From: an uncultured Acidobacteriota bacterium
GTDB taxonomy: Bacteria; Acidobacteriota; UBA6911
Assembly (NCBI GenBank): GCA_963827655.1
Contig: CAWHCF010000017.1
Span: 32,001-96,000 of the forward strand
DNA: 64,000 nucleotides
Direction: 5' to 3'
The position numbers and the translations under genes were made by a program. Numbering within the stretch: the stretch's first letter is position 1; each line of letters starts with the position of its first letter. Below the pieces are notes generated by a model. It had not been told where the DNA came from, ran no database searches, and saw only the letters and a program-made list of their open reading frames with translations. This document shows positions 19,932 to 29,048 of this stretch, one piece after another.

Positions 19932-19971
19932 GTGAACCATTTTTGACAGTCTTGTGACTTAAAGGTTAAGA
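19932..19971 (-). promoter_or_regulatory. Pho-box-like array of four half-sites at 11-bp spacing
   Basis: Minus strand TCTTAAC-cttt-AAGTCAC-aaga-CTGTCAA-aaat-GGTTCAC, followed 10 nt later by CACGAT; upstream of the phosphatase/phytase-like gene. Confidence 0.7.
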
Positions 19972-20141
19972 ACCTGCGGCGGAAAACGCAGCAGTACCTG
20001 TCCAGGAACGGGCAACAGATTTACAACTCGGTCCAATACGGAGGAACAGTTAAACCTCTTTTGGTGTCAAAACAGCGGGCTTTCTTGGTCGCAAAGGTCA
20101 GGCGTGCCGGGTGAGTTCAAGCAAGTTCAAGGAGGATAAGC

Positions 20142-20528
20142 ATGACGACAAGGGCTTTAACCCTTACCATCCTGTGGCTCATGGAGGCTGCGGTCTATGC
20201 TCAGGCTGGAGTCGCGGGTAAGTGGCGCACAGCCGAACAACCAAACCCGGAACTAGTAATCCGATTGGACCTCGAAACAGACGGAGCCCGGGTGTCTGGC
20301 ACCGTAACCCATTTCGAACAGGAGCCGCGTCAGATTTCAAACGGAAGAGTAGACGGATCGAAACTCAGCTTTGAAACCGCGGGGCTGCTTAACGGCGAAG
20401 AAGTTACTGTTTCCTGGCACGGTGAAGTCAAAGGTGACGACCTTGCCCTGAGCCGCCGAATCCAGATGCCCAACGGTCGCATCATCACCCCTTCGGGCGA
20501 CCCACATAAATTTCATCGAGCGAAGTAG
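20142..20528 (+). CDS. Hypothetical secreted protein
   Basis: AAGGAGG RBS, signal peptide, and beta-rich sequence (VAGKW...ISNGRVDGSKLSF). Confidence 0.75.
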   Translation: MTTRALTLTILWLMEAAVYAQAGVAGKWRTAEQPNPELVIRLDLETDGARVSGTVTHFEQEPRQISNGRVDGSKLSFETAGLLNGEEVTVSWHGEVKGDDLALSRRIQMPNGRIITPSGDPHKFHRAK

Positions 20529-20739
20529 TCGGGCTTGCCTCTCGTGGCTCGCGAAGGGCTCGAGATCGAAGTCCCATGGTCCCGGGCCGCCGGGCCGCTA
20601 ATCTCGCGGCCGAGCGGCCTGGTCCTCGATGAATGCTACCGCTTTGAAACTGAGGACAGGGAAGCCGCCGGTGTTCACTGTCGGCTCCGCTGGTGACGTG
20701 AAAGCGTCCCGGGTCAGCGTGCTTCCGGCGGACGCCGGC

Positions 20740-21020
20740 AGGGTCGGGATTCATGTTGGGGGCGAATTCGTCAGGGCTTGGTTGCCTGGATCTCCAGCCC
20801 GGTGCAGATGTTGGCGCGGTGCGTCTGGAACCGTGCGGTAGCTGAAAAGAGTGCCTCGGCTATCCCCGGGCTGGTCTTGTATTCGGAGATCAGCTTGAGA
20901 ATGCGCCGCTTGGCTGGGCGGCCAGGTCGTCGAGCCCAGGCCTATGCCGGTCACGACCGGCGCCGGGCGGGGGTCCGCTGGATCAGGCAGGAGGAATGGC
21001 CGGGGCTGGCGTAGTAATCC
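20740..21020 (-). pseudogene. Relic of a NarL/LuxR-family response regulator C-terminus
   Basis: Across shifting frames: DYYASPG...GLDDL...RRILKLISEYKTSPGIAEALF / SYRTV / QTHRANICTGLEIQ / GNQALT. Confidence 0.7.
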
Positions 21021-21045
21021 CCGGCACTCAAAGAAACGCTAAGGG

Positions 21046-22857
21046 CTACCGGTTTTGGGCCGCTGCGCTTTCCGTGCCGGCGTAATAGCCTCGTCGGGCA
21101 TTGATGGAATAGTCGCTGTTCAGGCGACCGAAGCGGTCGTTGAGGCGAACCTCGATTCTGCGAAAGGTACTGTCACGGGTGCCGTTGCTGGATTGGTATC
21201 CCAGGGTGTAACGCAGCTTCAACCGCGATATGGCCGCGGCCATGGCCGCGTCGAGCGAGCCGGTTGTAGAAACGTCAATGATTTCTCCGCCCGTCTCCTC
21301 CGTAACTTTACTCACGGAACCGAACCCGCCCAACCAGAGGGGGACCCGCATCGTCACCGGCGCTGCCTCCCCCGCAGTTTTCACGCTATAAATGACGGTT
21401 TCCGTTTCCATCGCGAATCGAATGAGCTGGTCCTGGCTCATGCGCGGCCTGGTGGTGGCCAGGTTGTCTGAGATCAGGATGACCGCGCGGCGCTTGTCCG
21501 GCGCAACCAGGCTGAGGTAGTTTACCGCGTCGAAGAGCCCATCAACGATATTAGTGCCGCCGCCGGCGCGGATCTCAGAGATGCGATCGGCGATTCGCTG
21601 ACGGTCGGTGGTCAAGTCTTCGAGCCGCTGCACCTCTCCGGCAAAGGTAAACAGGGCGACCTGGTCGCCACGCTTAAGCTGTGACAGCGCCTTATAGGCG
21701 GCCTGGCGTATCTCGGACATGTAGGGGGCGACACTCCCGCTGCGATCAATCACGAGAGCGAGGGCCAGAGGCAGTTCATCGCGGGAGAAGGACTGGATCT
21801 CCTGTTCGATTCCGTCTTCAAAGATCCGAAAATCCGGCTGTTTCAAGTTCTCGAGAGGGCGGCCGCCCCGGTCGCGCACTATGGCGTCGACCATCACCAG
21901 CCGCACGTCGACTTTGAGCTTGTATCCGCCGGAGTCCCAGTCGGGCGGAGAAGGGAGAGGCGCACTCGAAGGCGGGATCGGCTGGCGGGATGCAGCCTCG
22001 GCCGGGGCAGGGCCAGGATCGGCGGATTCAGCTTCGTCCTTCGTGAAATCGGGAACGGGTTCTACCTTGTCCTCCACCGGTCGAGTATCGCGGGTCGACG
22101 GAAACCTGCTGAGAATCGGGCGCGACGGAGACGGTGACGGAGATGGTGAGGGCGGCGAAGTATTTTGAGCTATCTGAATTGAGCGCTGTACGGCGGTGAC
22201 GGGAACGCTGAAAGCCTGGTCGAACATGGCTTCAAACAGCATGTCACGCGGCAAATCGAGATCGGGGCCGCGCTGAAGCAGGATGCTGGCCAGACCGATC
22301 CCTGCCCCAATGGCTCCTCCGTAAGCAGCGCCTTTAACTCCTCCAGCCATGGTACCAAGGACGGCGCCCTGCAGTCCCCCTTGAGCCACGACCGTAATGC
22401 TCCCGCCGTTGCCGGCTTCACCTTTTAACTGAGGCTCGCCTTTCTTGGCTTTGTCTACCTGGGTCAAACCAGCTCGCGTCACGCTCGCTTTGAGGGGCAG
22501 GTTGGTGCCGTCGGGAAGGCGAACCTCCTCAAAACGCAACCTGAGCTCGGCGCGCCCCTTGACTCGACCCGGACGTTGAACCTTGCTGACGGTGGCAGTG
22601 ACCGAGCTTCCGCTTGGAATCGCGATCTCGCCGCCGACTCGAACGGGTTCGATCGTTCTGAAGTGAACCCGGTCGCCCTGACGTGAGGTCTGGGTATGAA
22701 GCGACGTCTCGAGTTGCAAGATCAGCCTCTCACCCGAGGGGACCGCGAGGGAATCAGCCGAGGGGCCGCTCGACTGCGCCAGGAGAGATGAGAATGGAGC
22801 AACCATCGCTCCCAGCACAAGAATTGCCACGCTGAGGACTGGTTTTAGGTAAGTCAT
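21046..22857 (-). CDS. TrbI/VirB10-like domain with glycine zipper fused to an acidobacterial-type VWA domain
   Basis: Signal peptide; GDRVHF...IPSGSSVTATV...GRVKGRAELRLRF; GAAYGGAIGAGIG; Pro/Ser linker; VWA MIDAS DRSGS, GGTNIVD, LISD and ETGG. Confidence 0.85.
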   Translation of the reverse strand: MTYLKPVLSVAILVLGAMVAPFSSLLAQSSGPSADSLAVPSGERLILQLETSLHTQTSRQGDRVHFRTIEPVRVGGEIAIPSGSSVTATVSKVQRPGRVKGRAELRLRFEEVRLPDGTNLPLKASVTRAGLTQVDKAKKGEPQLKGEAGNGGSITVVAQGGLQGAVLGTMAGGVKGAAYGGAIGAGIGLASILLQRGPDLDLPRDMLFEAMFDQAFSVPVTAVQRSIQIAQNTSPPSPSPSPSPSRPILSRFPSTRDTRPVEDKVEPVPDFTKDEAESADPGPAPAEAASRQPIPPSSAPLPSPPDWDSGGYKLKVDVRLVMVDAIVRDRGGRPLENLKQPDFRIFEDGIEQEIQSFSRDELPLALALVIDRSGSVAPYMSEIRQAAYKALSQLKRGDQVALFTFAGEVQRLEDLTTDRQRIADRISEIRAGGGTNIVDGLFDAVNYLSLVAPDKRRAVILISDNLATTRPRMSQDQLIRFAMETETVIYSVKTAGEAAPVTMRVPLWLGGFGSVSKVTEETGGEIIDVSTTGSLDAAMAAAISRLKLRYTLGYQSSNGTRDSTFRRIEVRLNDRFGRLNSDYSINARRGYYAGTESAAAQNR

Positions 22858-23054
22858 GGTGCGGTTCCTTGAAACACGTTAAATACGTACAAAAATGCTA
22901 AGTATTGTAGATGAAGAGAGGCTCTGGAATGGTTCAAAAAATTCCTCTACATTCTGAATCGAAGTAATTTGTGGTTTCTTCGTGACTTCGCGTCTTTTGG
23001 TTGACCAGCCAGGCATCAAGCCGGCATAGCCCCCTTCAGGTGTCGACCGCCGGA

Positions 23055-23180
23055 TCAATTCACGGCGGGACCGATCCAGACCGTCTGGATGTTTACGAAT
23101 TCTCGAATGCCGAACTCCGAAGCGCTTGAGCATTCTTCGGTCGCGGGATTGATCGATTCGATGATTCCGTGAGAAGCCAT
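23055..23180 (-). pseudogene. Internally deleted succinate-semialdehyde/aldehyde dehydrogenase relic (41-aa mini-ORF)
   Basis: GGAGGTG RBS, then MASHGIIESINPATEE-CSSA-SEFGIREFVNIQTVWIGPAVN*. The typical ALDH N- and C-termini are joined. Confidence 0.8.
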
Positions 23181-23261
23181 ATTCACCTCCGGCAGGCCGG
23201 CAGCAGGGGCACCCGACTACGACCCACAGCTTTCAGCCTTCAGCCTACTGTTTACTGCGTA

Positions 23262-24944
23262 CTACTTGCTGCCTGTTACTGCTTGCTGCAACCTGGCAAC
23301 CTGGGCGTCGATGACCGGGTCTTCGATCTTTTGGAACAGGATTTCCCTCGGCCCGAGGGGTTGGCCTTCAGGCAGCCTCAGCGTGGAGACCTCATCCCAG
23401 CGGCGGTAGTCGGGCGCCTTCAGCATCTGGCGCAGCTTTTCGGCCGAGAACGGCATGAAAGGCTCCATCAAGAGCGCGAGCGCCGCCTGGAGCTGCAGGG
23501 CGGTGTTGAGCGTAGTCGCGCACCGCGCCCGATCGGTCTTTGCCGTGGACCAGGGTGCCGCGTCGTTGAAATACTTGTTTCCGGCGCGGGCCAGATCCAT
23601 CAATTCCCCTAACGCCCGCCGCACTTGAAATTCGTCCAGTGACTTTCCGATCCGGCCAGCGGCGGCGACCGTCTCGGCCAGAATCGCGCAATCGACGGGG
23701 GCGAGCGGCCCCGCCGGAGGAACCTTTCCTTCAAATTGCCTCTCGATGAACGAGAGGGTGCGGTTCACCAGATTGCCCAGCACGTCTGCGAGTTCACTAT
23801 TGTTTCGGGTCTGGAAATCCTTCCACGCAAAGTCGGCGTCCTTGGTCTCAGGGGCATTGGCGGCCAGGTAATAGCGCAGGGGGTCAGGCGGGAAGATCTC
23901 CAGGTAGTCGTCGACCCATATCGCCCAGTTCCGGCTGGTGGAAAGCTTCTGTCCCTCAATCGTGAGAAACTCGTTGGCCGGGACATTGTCGGGCAGAATG
24001 TAGTCTCCGTGGGCCATGAGCATGGCGGGCCACACGATCGCATGGAAGACGATATTATCCTTCCCGATGAAATGGATCAGCCGCGTGTTGCGATCGCACC
24101 AATAATCCTTCCAGCGCTCTGGAGTGTTCAGTTTCTGCGCCCATTCGACAGTGGATGAGATGTAGCCGATCGGGGCATCAAACCAGACATAAAGCACTTT
24201 GCCTTTGGCTCCCTCCAGAGGGACCGGGATCCCCCAGTCAATGTCGCGCGTGATCGACCGGTCGGTCAGCCCTTCGTTGAACCAACCCGAGGAGAATTCG
24301 CGCACATTGCTTTTCCAGCGCGCCTTCGATTCCTGCCACTTCTCGAGAGCCTCTTGAAACTGCGAAAGTCTGAAATACCAGTGGAGCGTGGATCTCATTT
24401 CAGGCGCCGAGCCGCAAATCTTGCAGCGCGGGTTAATGAGCAACTCGGGTTCGAGCCAGCGGCCGCACGATTCGCACTGGTCACCGCGGGCCCCGGGGCG
24501 ATGGCAATGAGGACATTCCCCCTCGATATAGCGGTCGGGGAGAAATCGTCGGCACGTGACGCAGTAGTACTGCTTCACCTCCTGCTGTCGAATGTGCCCC
24601 TTGTCGTAGAGCTTCGAAAAAAAGTCTTGCGAGATCTTATGGTGCAACGGAAGAGAAGTGCGAGAGTAATTGTCGAAATTAATACCGAGAGCCCGAAAGC
24701 TCTCCTTTATCATCGAGTGGTACCGGTCCACGATCTCCTGCGGCGAAACACCCTCACGATCGGCGCGGATGGTAATCGGTACACCGTGCTCGTCGGAGCC
24801 GCAGATGAAAACGACGTCGCTCCCTTTGAGCTGCTGATACCTGACGTAAACATCCGCCGGAATGTAGGCCCCGGCCAGATGGCCCAGGTGTAAGGGCCCA
24901 TTGGCGTAGGGGAGGGCGGCGGTTACAAGTATTTTTTCAGGCAC
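23262..24944 (-). CDS. metG: Methionine--tRNA ligase (short form without C-terminal tRNA-binding domain)
   Basis: ALPYANGPLHLGH, GSDEHG, zinc knuckles, YVWFDA, IGKDN and KLSTS motifs. Confidence 0.97.
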   Translation of the reverse strand: MPEKILVTAALPYANGPLHLGHLAGAYIPADVYVRYQQLKGSDVVFICGSDEHGVPITIRADREGVSPQEIVDRYHSMIKESFRALGINFDNYSRTSLPLHHKISQDFFSKLYDKGHIRQQEVKQYYCVTCRRFLPDRYIEGECPHCHRPGARGDQCESCGRWLEPELLINPRCKICGSAPEMRSTLHWYFRLSQFQEALEKWQESKARWKSNVREFSSGWFNEGLTDRSITRDIDWGIPVPLEGAKGKVLYVWFDAPIGYISSTVEWAQKLNTPERWKDYWCDRNTRLIHFIGKDNIVFHAIVWPAMLMAHGDYILPDNVPANEFLTIEGQKLSTSRNWAIWVDDYLEIFPPDPLRYYLAANAPETKDADFAWKDFQTRNNSELADVLGNLVNRTLSFIERQFEGKVPPAGPLAPVDCAILAETVAAAGRIGKSLDEFQVRRALGELMDLARAGNKYFNDAAPWSTAKTDRARCATTLNTALQLQAALALLMEPFMPFSAEKLRQMLKAPDYRRWDEVSTLRLPEGQPLGPREILFQKIEDPVIDAQVARLQQAVTGSK

Positions 24945-24946
24945 TG

Positions 24947-25259
24947 CATCCCTCCGGCGTCGTGGATAAAGAGCGTAATAGTACCATACGCCTCAAATGG
25001 AGACTGACCATTGTCCCTGCGGCTTCAGGTCAAGAAATCGTCAATCGTCAATCGTCAATCGAGAGGTGGCTGGGGCGAGAGTTACATAGTCGGTGAGGGC
25101 TTCATCCCTCCGGCGTCGTGGATAAAGAGCGTAATAGTACCATACGCCTCAAGGGAGACTGGCCATTGTCCCTGCGGCTTCAGGTCAAGAAAATCGTCAA
25201 TCGTCAATCGTCAATCGAGAGGTGGCTGGGGCGAGAGTTACATAGTCGGTGAGGGCTTC
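24947..25259. repeat. Tandem direct duplication of about 156 bp
   Basis: CATCCCTCCGGCGTCGTGG...GTCGGTGAGGGCTTC at 24947-25102 and again at 25103-25259, with only a few differences. Confidence 0.92.
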
Positions 25260-25763
25260 GCGCGTCGACGGGAAGGCCAGCTCTTCCCAGGGAATCTCGG
25301 ACGGCTCGAAGGCGCGTACTTCCTGGCTTTCGCTGGTTCGGCCGGCAACTCCTCCCGTCACCGTAGCGAGATACACAACCAGCACGACTCCCACCTGGCT
25401 GTAAGAGTAGACATTCAGCAGGTCGTCGAGCCTGATATCGAGCAGTGTTTCTTCAAGGGTTTCTCGGATGGCAGCGTCGGGAACGCGCTCCCCCAGGTCT
25501 ACATAGCCGCCAGGGAATGTCCACCGGCCGTAGCCCGGTTCGATGTTGCGCCGCAGCAGCCAGATCCGGCCCTCCTGACGCGGTACGGCGGCGGCCACAA
25601 TCTTTGGATTCAAGTAGTAGATGAAACTGCAGCCCGAACAGAATTTCCGCACGCGTTGCTCAAACTCGATAAACTTATCTTCGAGCTTTCCGCCGCAGCG
25701 CGGACAATACTTGACCCAGGTTGAATCGACGCTGTGCTGGTGTGGATGGTAAGTCGAATGCAT
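25197..25763 (-). CDS. NUDIX hydrolase with N-terminal zinc ribbon
   Basis: YCPRCG and CSGC; YLNPK; Nudix box GGYVDLGERVPDAAIRETLEETLL. Confidence 0.9.
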   Translation of the reverse strand: MHSTYHPHQHSVDSTWVKYCPRCGGKLEDKFIEFEQRVRKFCSGCSFIYYLNPKIVAAAVPRQEGRIWLLRRNIEPGYGRWTFPGGYVDLGERVPDAAIRETLEETLLDIRLDDLLNVYSYSQVGVVLVVYLATVTGGVAGRTSESQEVRAFEPSEIPWEELAFPSTREALTDYVTLAPATSRLTIDD

Positions 25764-25879
25764 ATTCCGAGATTGTACGACCGAGGTCCAGTAGAAATCG
25801 AGAAGTATAGTAGCAGTAGGCAGTGGGCGGTAGCCAGTATGGCAATGCTGCCTGGTGCCTGCTGCATACTGATTTGTCC

Positions 25880-26323
25880 ATGATTCGAGACTATCGGCCT
25901 GGGGATTTCTGGCGCCTCTACGAGATCGACCATATCTGCTTCCGGTCTGATGTGTCCTATTCTCGAGCCGAGCTTCTCTTCTACTTGAAGCATCCTCAGT
26001 CCATTACCCGAGTTGCTCAAATGAAAAAGGAGATTCTCGGGTTTGCCATAGGGCGAATTGAGACGGACCGGTCGGCTCACGTTCTGACGTTAGACGTGGT
26101 GCCTGAGGCGCGCCGGCGAAAAATCGGAACCGCGTTGATGGCATCCCTGCACGATGCGTTCAAGGAACAAAGGGTGGTGATGAGCTTTCTGGAAGTGGAC
26201 TCGGCCGACCAGGGGGCGCAGCTGTTCTACCAGGCGATGAACTACAGATATGTTGAAACTCTGAGGGGTTACTATGGGGGGCGAAGCGACGCCTATCGCT
26301 TGATGCGCGTGATGACTGCTTGA
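25880..26323 (+). CDS. GNAT N-acetyltransferase (RimI-like)
   Basis: AHVLTLDVVPEARRRKIG, LEV and GYYGGRSDAY motifs. Confidence 0.87.
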   Translation: MIRDYRPGDFWRLYEIDHICFRSDVSYSRAELLFYLKHPQSITRVAQMKKEILGFAIGRIETDRSAHVLTLDVVPEARRRKIGTALMASLHDAFKEQRVVMSFLEVDSADQGAQLFYQAMNYRYVETLRGYYGGRSDAYRLMRVMTA

Positions 26324-26476
26324 TTGCAACAACCGCAAAAAATACGCAAAGAGCCGTGGGGCCACAACCAAAGTGATCCTGGTATTTCTCGGCTCTTCGC
26401 GGTTAGCGCTGCGGAACAAATACCAACTTGGACACGAAGAAACGCCAGGATCTCGACGAGAGAATCCTGAAAACCG

Positions 26477-27550
26477 TCAGCTGTCTTTGGACTGATAACC
26501 TTTCCGAGTCAGAATCTTGACCTTGTCAGGCTTTCCGTCGTTGTTGATGTCCGCGACTACGTCTACCTTTATCTTCCTGTATTTCCCGTCCTTTTTGGTA
26601 TTTGAGGAGGCGTAGGCCACGCTGTATTGACTGCGCAGCATGACGGAGACGTTGTTGAAAATGCTCGGGAACTCCGTGACGAAACGCGGGAAGTAAGCCT
26701 CTCCTCCGGTGAATTCCGCAAATGATCGCAGCCGATTATCCGACATCAGCAATTCCAGATTGGTTTCAGGGCCGATATAGCCGGCGGCGTCGGCGCGAAT
26801 CCGAAAGTTCTGCCCCAGACCTATGGCGTAAACGCTGGCGTTGGCGGCCTTGCACCTCTTCAAGGCCTCGTCGTAGGTGTGTTTGGAAAAGGTATCCAGC
26901 CCCGTTGAGACCAGCAATACCGCCACTTTTCCATCAATCTCCTCCGTGCGATCCAGGGTATCGATGAGCGCGTCGGAAAGATTGCTTTCGCTGAAAGCAG
27001 GATAGTTGAACCGCGCCAGGGCTTCGTGGAGCTTCTGGCGATCTTGCGTGAAGTCGCTGAGGATCGTCGGTCGCATGTCGTAGCCGATGACAGCCACCCA
27101 GTCTCCCGGTCGCAGAGTCTTGGCGAAACCGTAAATCGCCTCCCACACTTCGTAGATGAACCAGGAAACCTGCTTGCTGTACTCCACCAGCATCACCACC
27201 GTTATGTTGGCGTCCACCGGGGCGAAGTGGCTGATCTCCTGCTTGACGTTGTCTTCGTAAACGGTAAAGTGTTCCGGTCTCAAACCGGTTATGACGTTTC
27301 CTTTCGGATCGGTTACCAGGACCTGGAGCGATACCAGATCAACGGCGACCGAAATGGCAGTTTGGCCTTTGGGCCGGTCCTGGTCTTGCTCGCCAGCCGC
27401 CGGCTTGGATGTTCGCTGAGGCGGACCTTGTTTCTTGGGCGGGTCCTGCGCGAATGCGCTCGGGGCGCCCGGCGGCAGCGATGAATCGCTGGTTGTCGAC
27501 ACGATCGAAGCCGCAAGAACAATCAAGAGCAAAAATGTGATCGATTTCAC
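26477..27550 (-). CDS. Acidobacterial-type VWA domain protein with degenerate MIDAS
   Basis: VDLVSLQVLVTDPKG, FTVYEDNVKQ, FTGG, LRSQYSVAY and RKGY motifs; the MIDAS position reads EYSK. Confidence 0.88.
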   Translation of the reverse strand: MKSITFLLLIVLAASIVSTTSDSSLPPGAPSAFAQDPPKKQGPPQRTSKPAAGEQDQDRPKGQTAISVAVDLVSLQVLVTDPKGNVITGLRPEHFTVYEDNVKQEISHFAPVDANITVVMLVEYSKQVSWFIYEVWEAIYGFAKTLRPGDWVAVIGYDMRPTILSDFTQDRQKLHEALARFNYPAFSESNLSDALIDTLDRTEEIDGKVAVLLVSTGLDTFSKHTYDEALKRCKAANASVYAIGLGQNFRIRADAAGYIGPETNLELLMSDNRLRSFAEFTGGEAYFPRFVTEFPSIFNNVSVMLRSQYSVAYASSNTKKDGKYRKIKVDVVADINNDGKPDKVKILTRKGYQSKDS

Positions 27551-27777
27551 GACCTATCCTCCCCTGGGACAGAGTGGATTTTCCATGGGGCGAATGGTAA
27601 CACAATCCGGCAGTGTTATGAAAGAAAGCTGAGATTTGGAAGCTTTGGGTGCGGGAGAGACACCTGCGCAGCGCGAAAAAGAGAAGTCGCAAAGAGTTTC
27701 TCCAAACTATTTGACCTTGGAAATTCAGGGTGACTATAATTCGGACGTTTTTCATGAAATGCGTATCGGAGGTAATC

Positions 27778-28035
27778 GTGAGCTACTGCCCCGAATGTGA
27801 GGCTGCAATCGATGATACTGAGATCGACGATGTCGGGGAAGTCCTTCCCTGCCCGGAGTGCGGCGTGGAACTTGAAGTAGTTTCCGTAGATCCTGTCGAA
27901 TTCGACCTCGCGCCGATGGATGAGGACGAAGACGACGAGGATGAATATGACTTCGACGAAACGGATGAAGAAGAGGAGTGGGACGATGAGAATTCCCACG
28001 ACGATGAAGATGAAGATGACGAAGATAAGTACTAG
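27778..28035 (+). CDS. LysW-like zinc-ribbon protein with a long acidic tail
   Basis: GGAGGT RBS; CPEC...GEVLPCPECGVELEVVSVDPVEF, then a D/E-rich tail ending in EDKY with no EDWGE. Confidence 0.8.
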   Translation: MSYCPECEAAIDDTEIDDVGEVLPCPECGVELEVVSVDPVEFDLAPMDEDEDDEDEYDFDETDEEEEWDDENSHDDEDEDDEDKY

Positions 28036-28119
28036 AATTATCCCTGCATGAGTCTGGCCTCCGTTTTATCGCATCTAAAAATCCAGCAACTCGGGGTTGT
28101 TATCCAAGAGGATTACTAG

Positions 28120-28818
28120 GTGCTGAATCATCTTAAGCTCCTGGTGTGGGACCTGGATTACCTCGTCTTCGACTGTTCAGCGCTCAAAGTTTCAGCTTTG
28201 CGCCAGAGCCTTATCTCATTTGCCGAATCGATTCCACAGAGTGTCCGCCTTCCTGATGCCATCGATGCCGAAGGGGGTTATCTCGACTATGGATTTCGCT
28301 GGCCCCAGTTTCTTGAGATTGGTCTTGATGAGGAGCGATTGGGGCAGTTTCAACGCGCCTTCCACATCCACCAGGACCGCTATGTTCAAGCCGGTGTGGG
28401 CCGGGTTTATCCTGGAGTGCATGATTTTCTGATGGATTGCCGGAAGGGGGACATCCGCCTGGCGCTGGGCGCCGAGGCGAGCCGCGACTATCTCCTGGCC
28501 GTCACGGATCAACACAGACTCGACAACATATTCGATATGGCGCTGTGCACCGAGGAATTCGGTGTAGGTAGCGCCGACGAGATGTTCGAGGAAATCATGA
28601 ACCACACCGAGGTCTATCCGAGCGAAACCCTGGTGCTTGGAACCCGTCCGGCCTTTTTTCAGGCGGCGCACAACCTCGACCTGCTTACGGTTGGCTGCGG
28701 GTGGGGGCTGCGCCAGCAATACCGGCTCGCCGAAGCCGATCTGCAGGCGCCTGCGCTGTCGCATCTGCACGCGGTCATCGAGCAGGCCGACCACCTCTCT
28801 AATCGTTACTCGAGCTGA
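28120..28818 (+). CDS. HAD-superfamily-like protein with degenerate motifs
   Basis: LVWDLDYLVFD, VYPGV, FDMALC, LVLGT and GCGWG; resembles phosphoglycolate phosphatase. Confidence 0.75.
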   Translation: MLNHLKLLVWDLDYLVFDCSALKVSALRQSLISFAESIPQSVRLPDAIDAEGGYLDYGFRWPQFLEIGLDEERLGQFQRAFHIHQDRYVQAGVGRVYPGVHDFLMDCRKGDIRLALGAEASRDYLLAVTDQHRLDNIFDMALCTEEFGVGSADEMFEEIMNHTEVYPSETLVLGTRPAFFQAAHNLDLLTVGCGWGLRQQYRLAEADLQAPALSHLHAVIEQADHLSNRYSS

Positions 28819-28835
28819 TTCCCGACAGAATCTAA

Positions 28836-28984
28836 GGGTTCGCGCAGAAATAAGTTCGCATTCTGCTGCAGGCCCCCAGACCCGCTGGCGAGGCGCGATC
28901 CTCAGCGTGCTTAGCGAACAGAAACCGGTTCATGATTAGCACCGATTCTCGCGCCAGAATGTGAAGTTATTTTTGCGCGAGCCC
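28836..28984. mobile_element. MITE copy 2 (149 bp, TAA flanks)
   Basis: Same TIRs and shared internal GCGCGATCCTCAGCGTGCTTAGCGAACAGAAACCGGTTCATGATTA as 4612-4755. Confidence 0.85.
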
Positions 28985-29048
28985 TAAAGGGCGCAAAGAA
29001 GGGCAGAGAACTTTTGTGTCCTGGTGTCTTCGTGGTAAAGTGTGACCC

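Noticed and set aside
27778-28035. Bona fide lysW lysine-pathway gene
   Set aside because: No C-terminal EDWGE and no lysX/lysZ/lysY neighbours; reported as LysW-like only.
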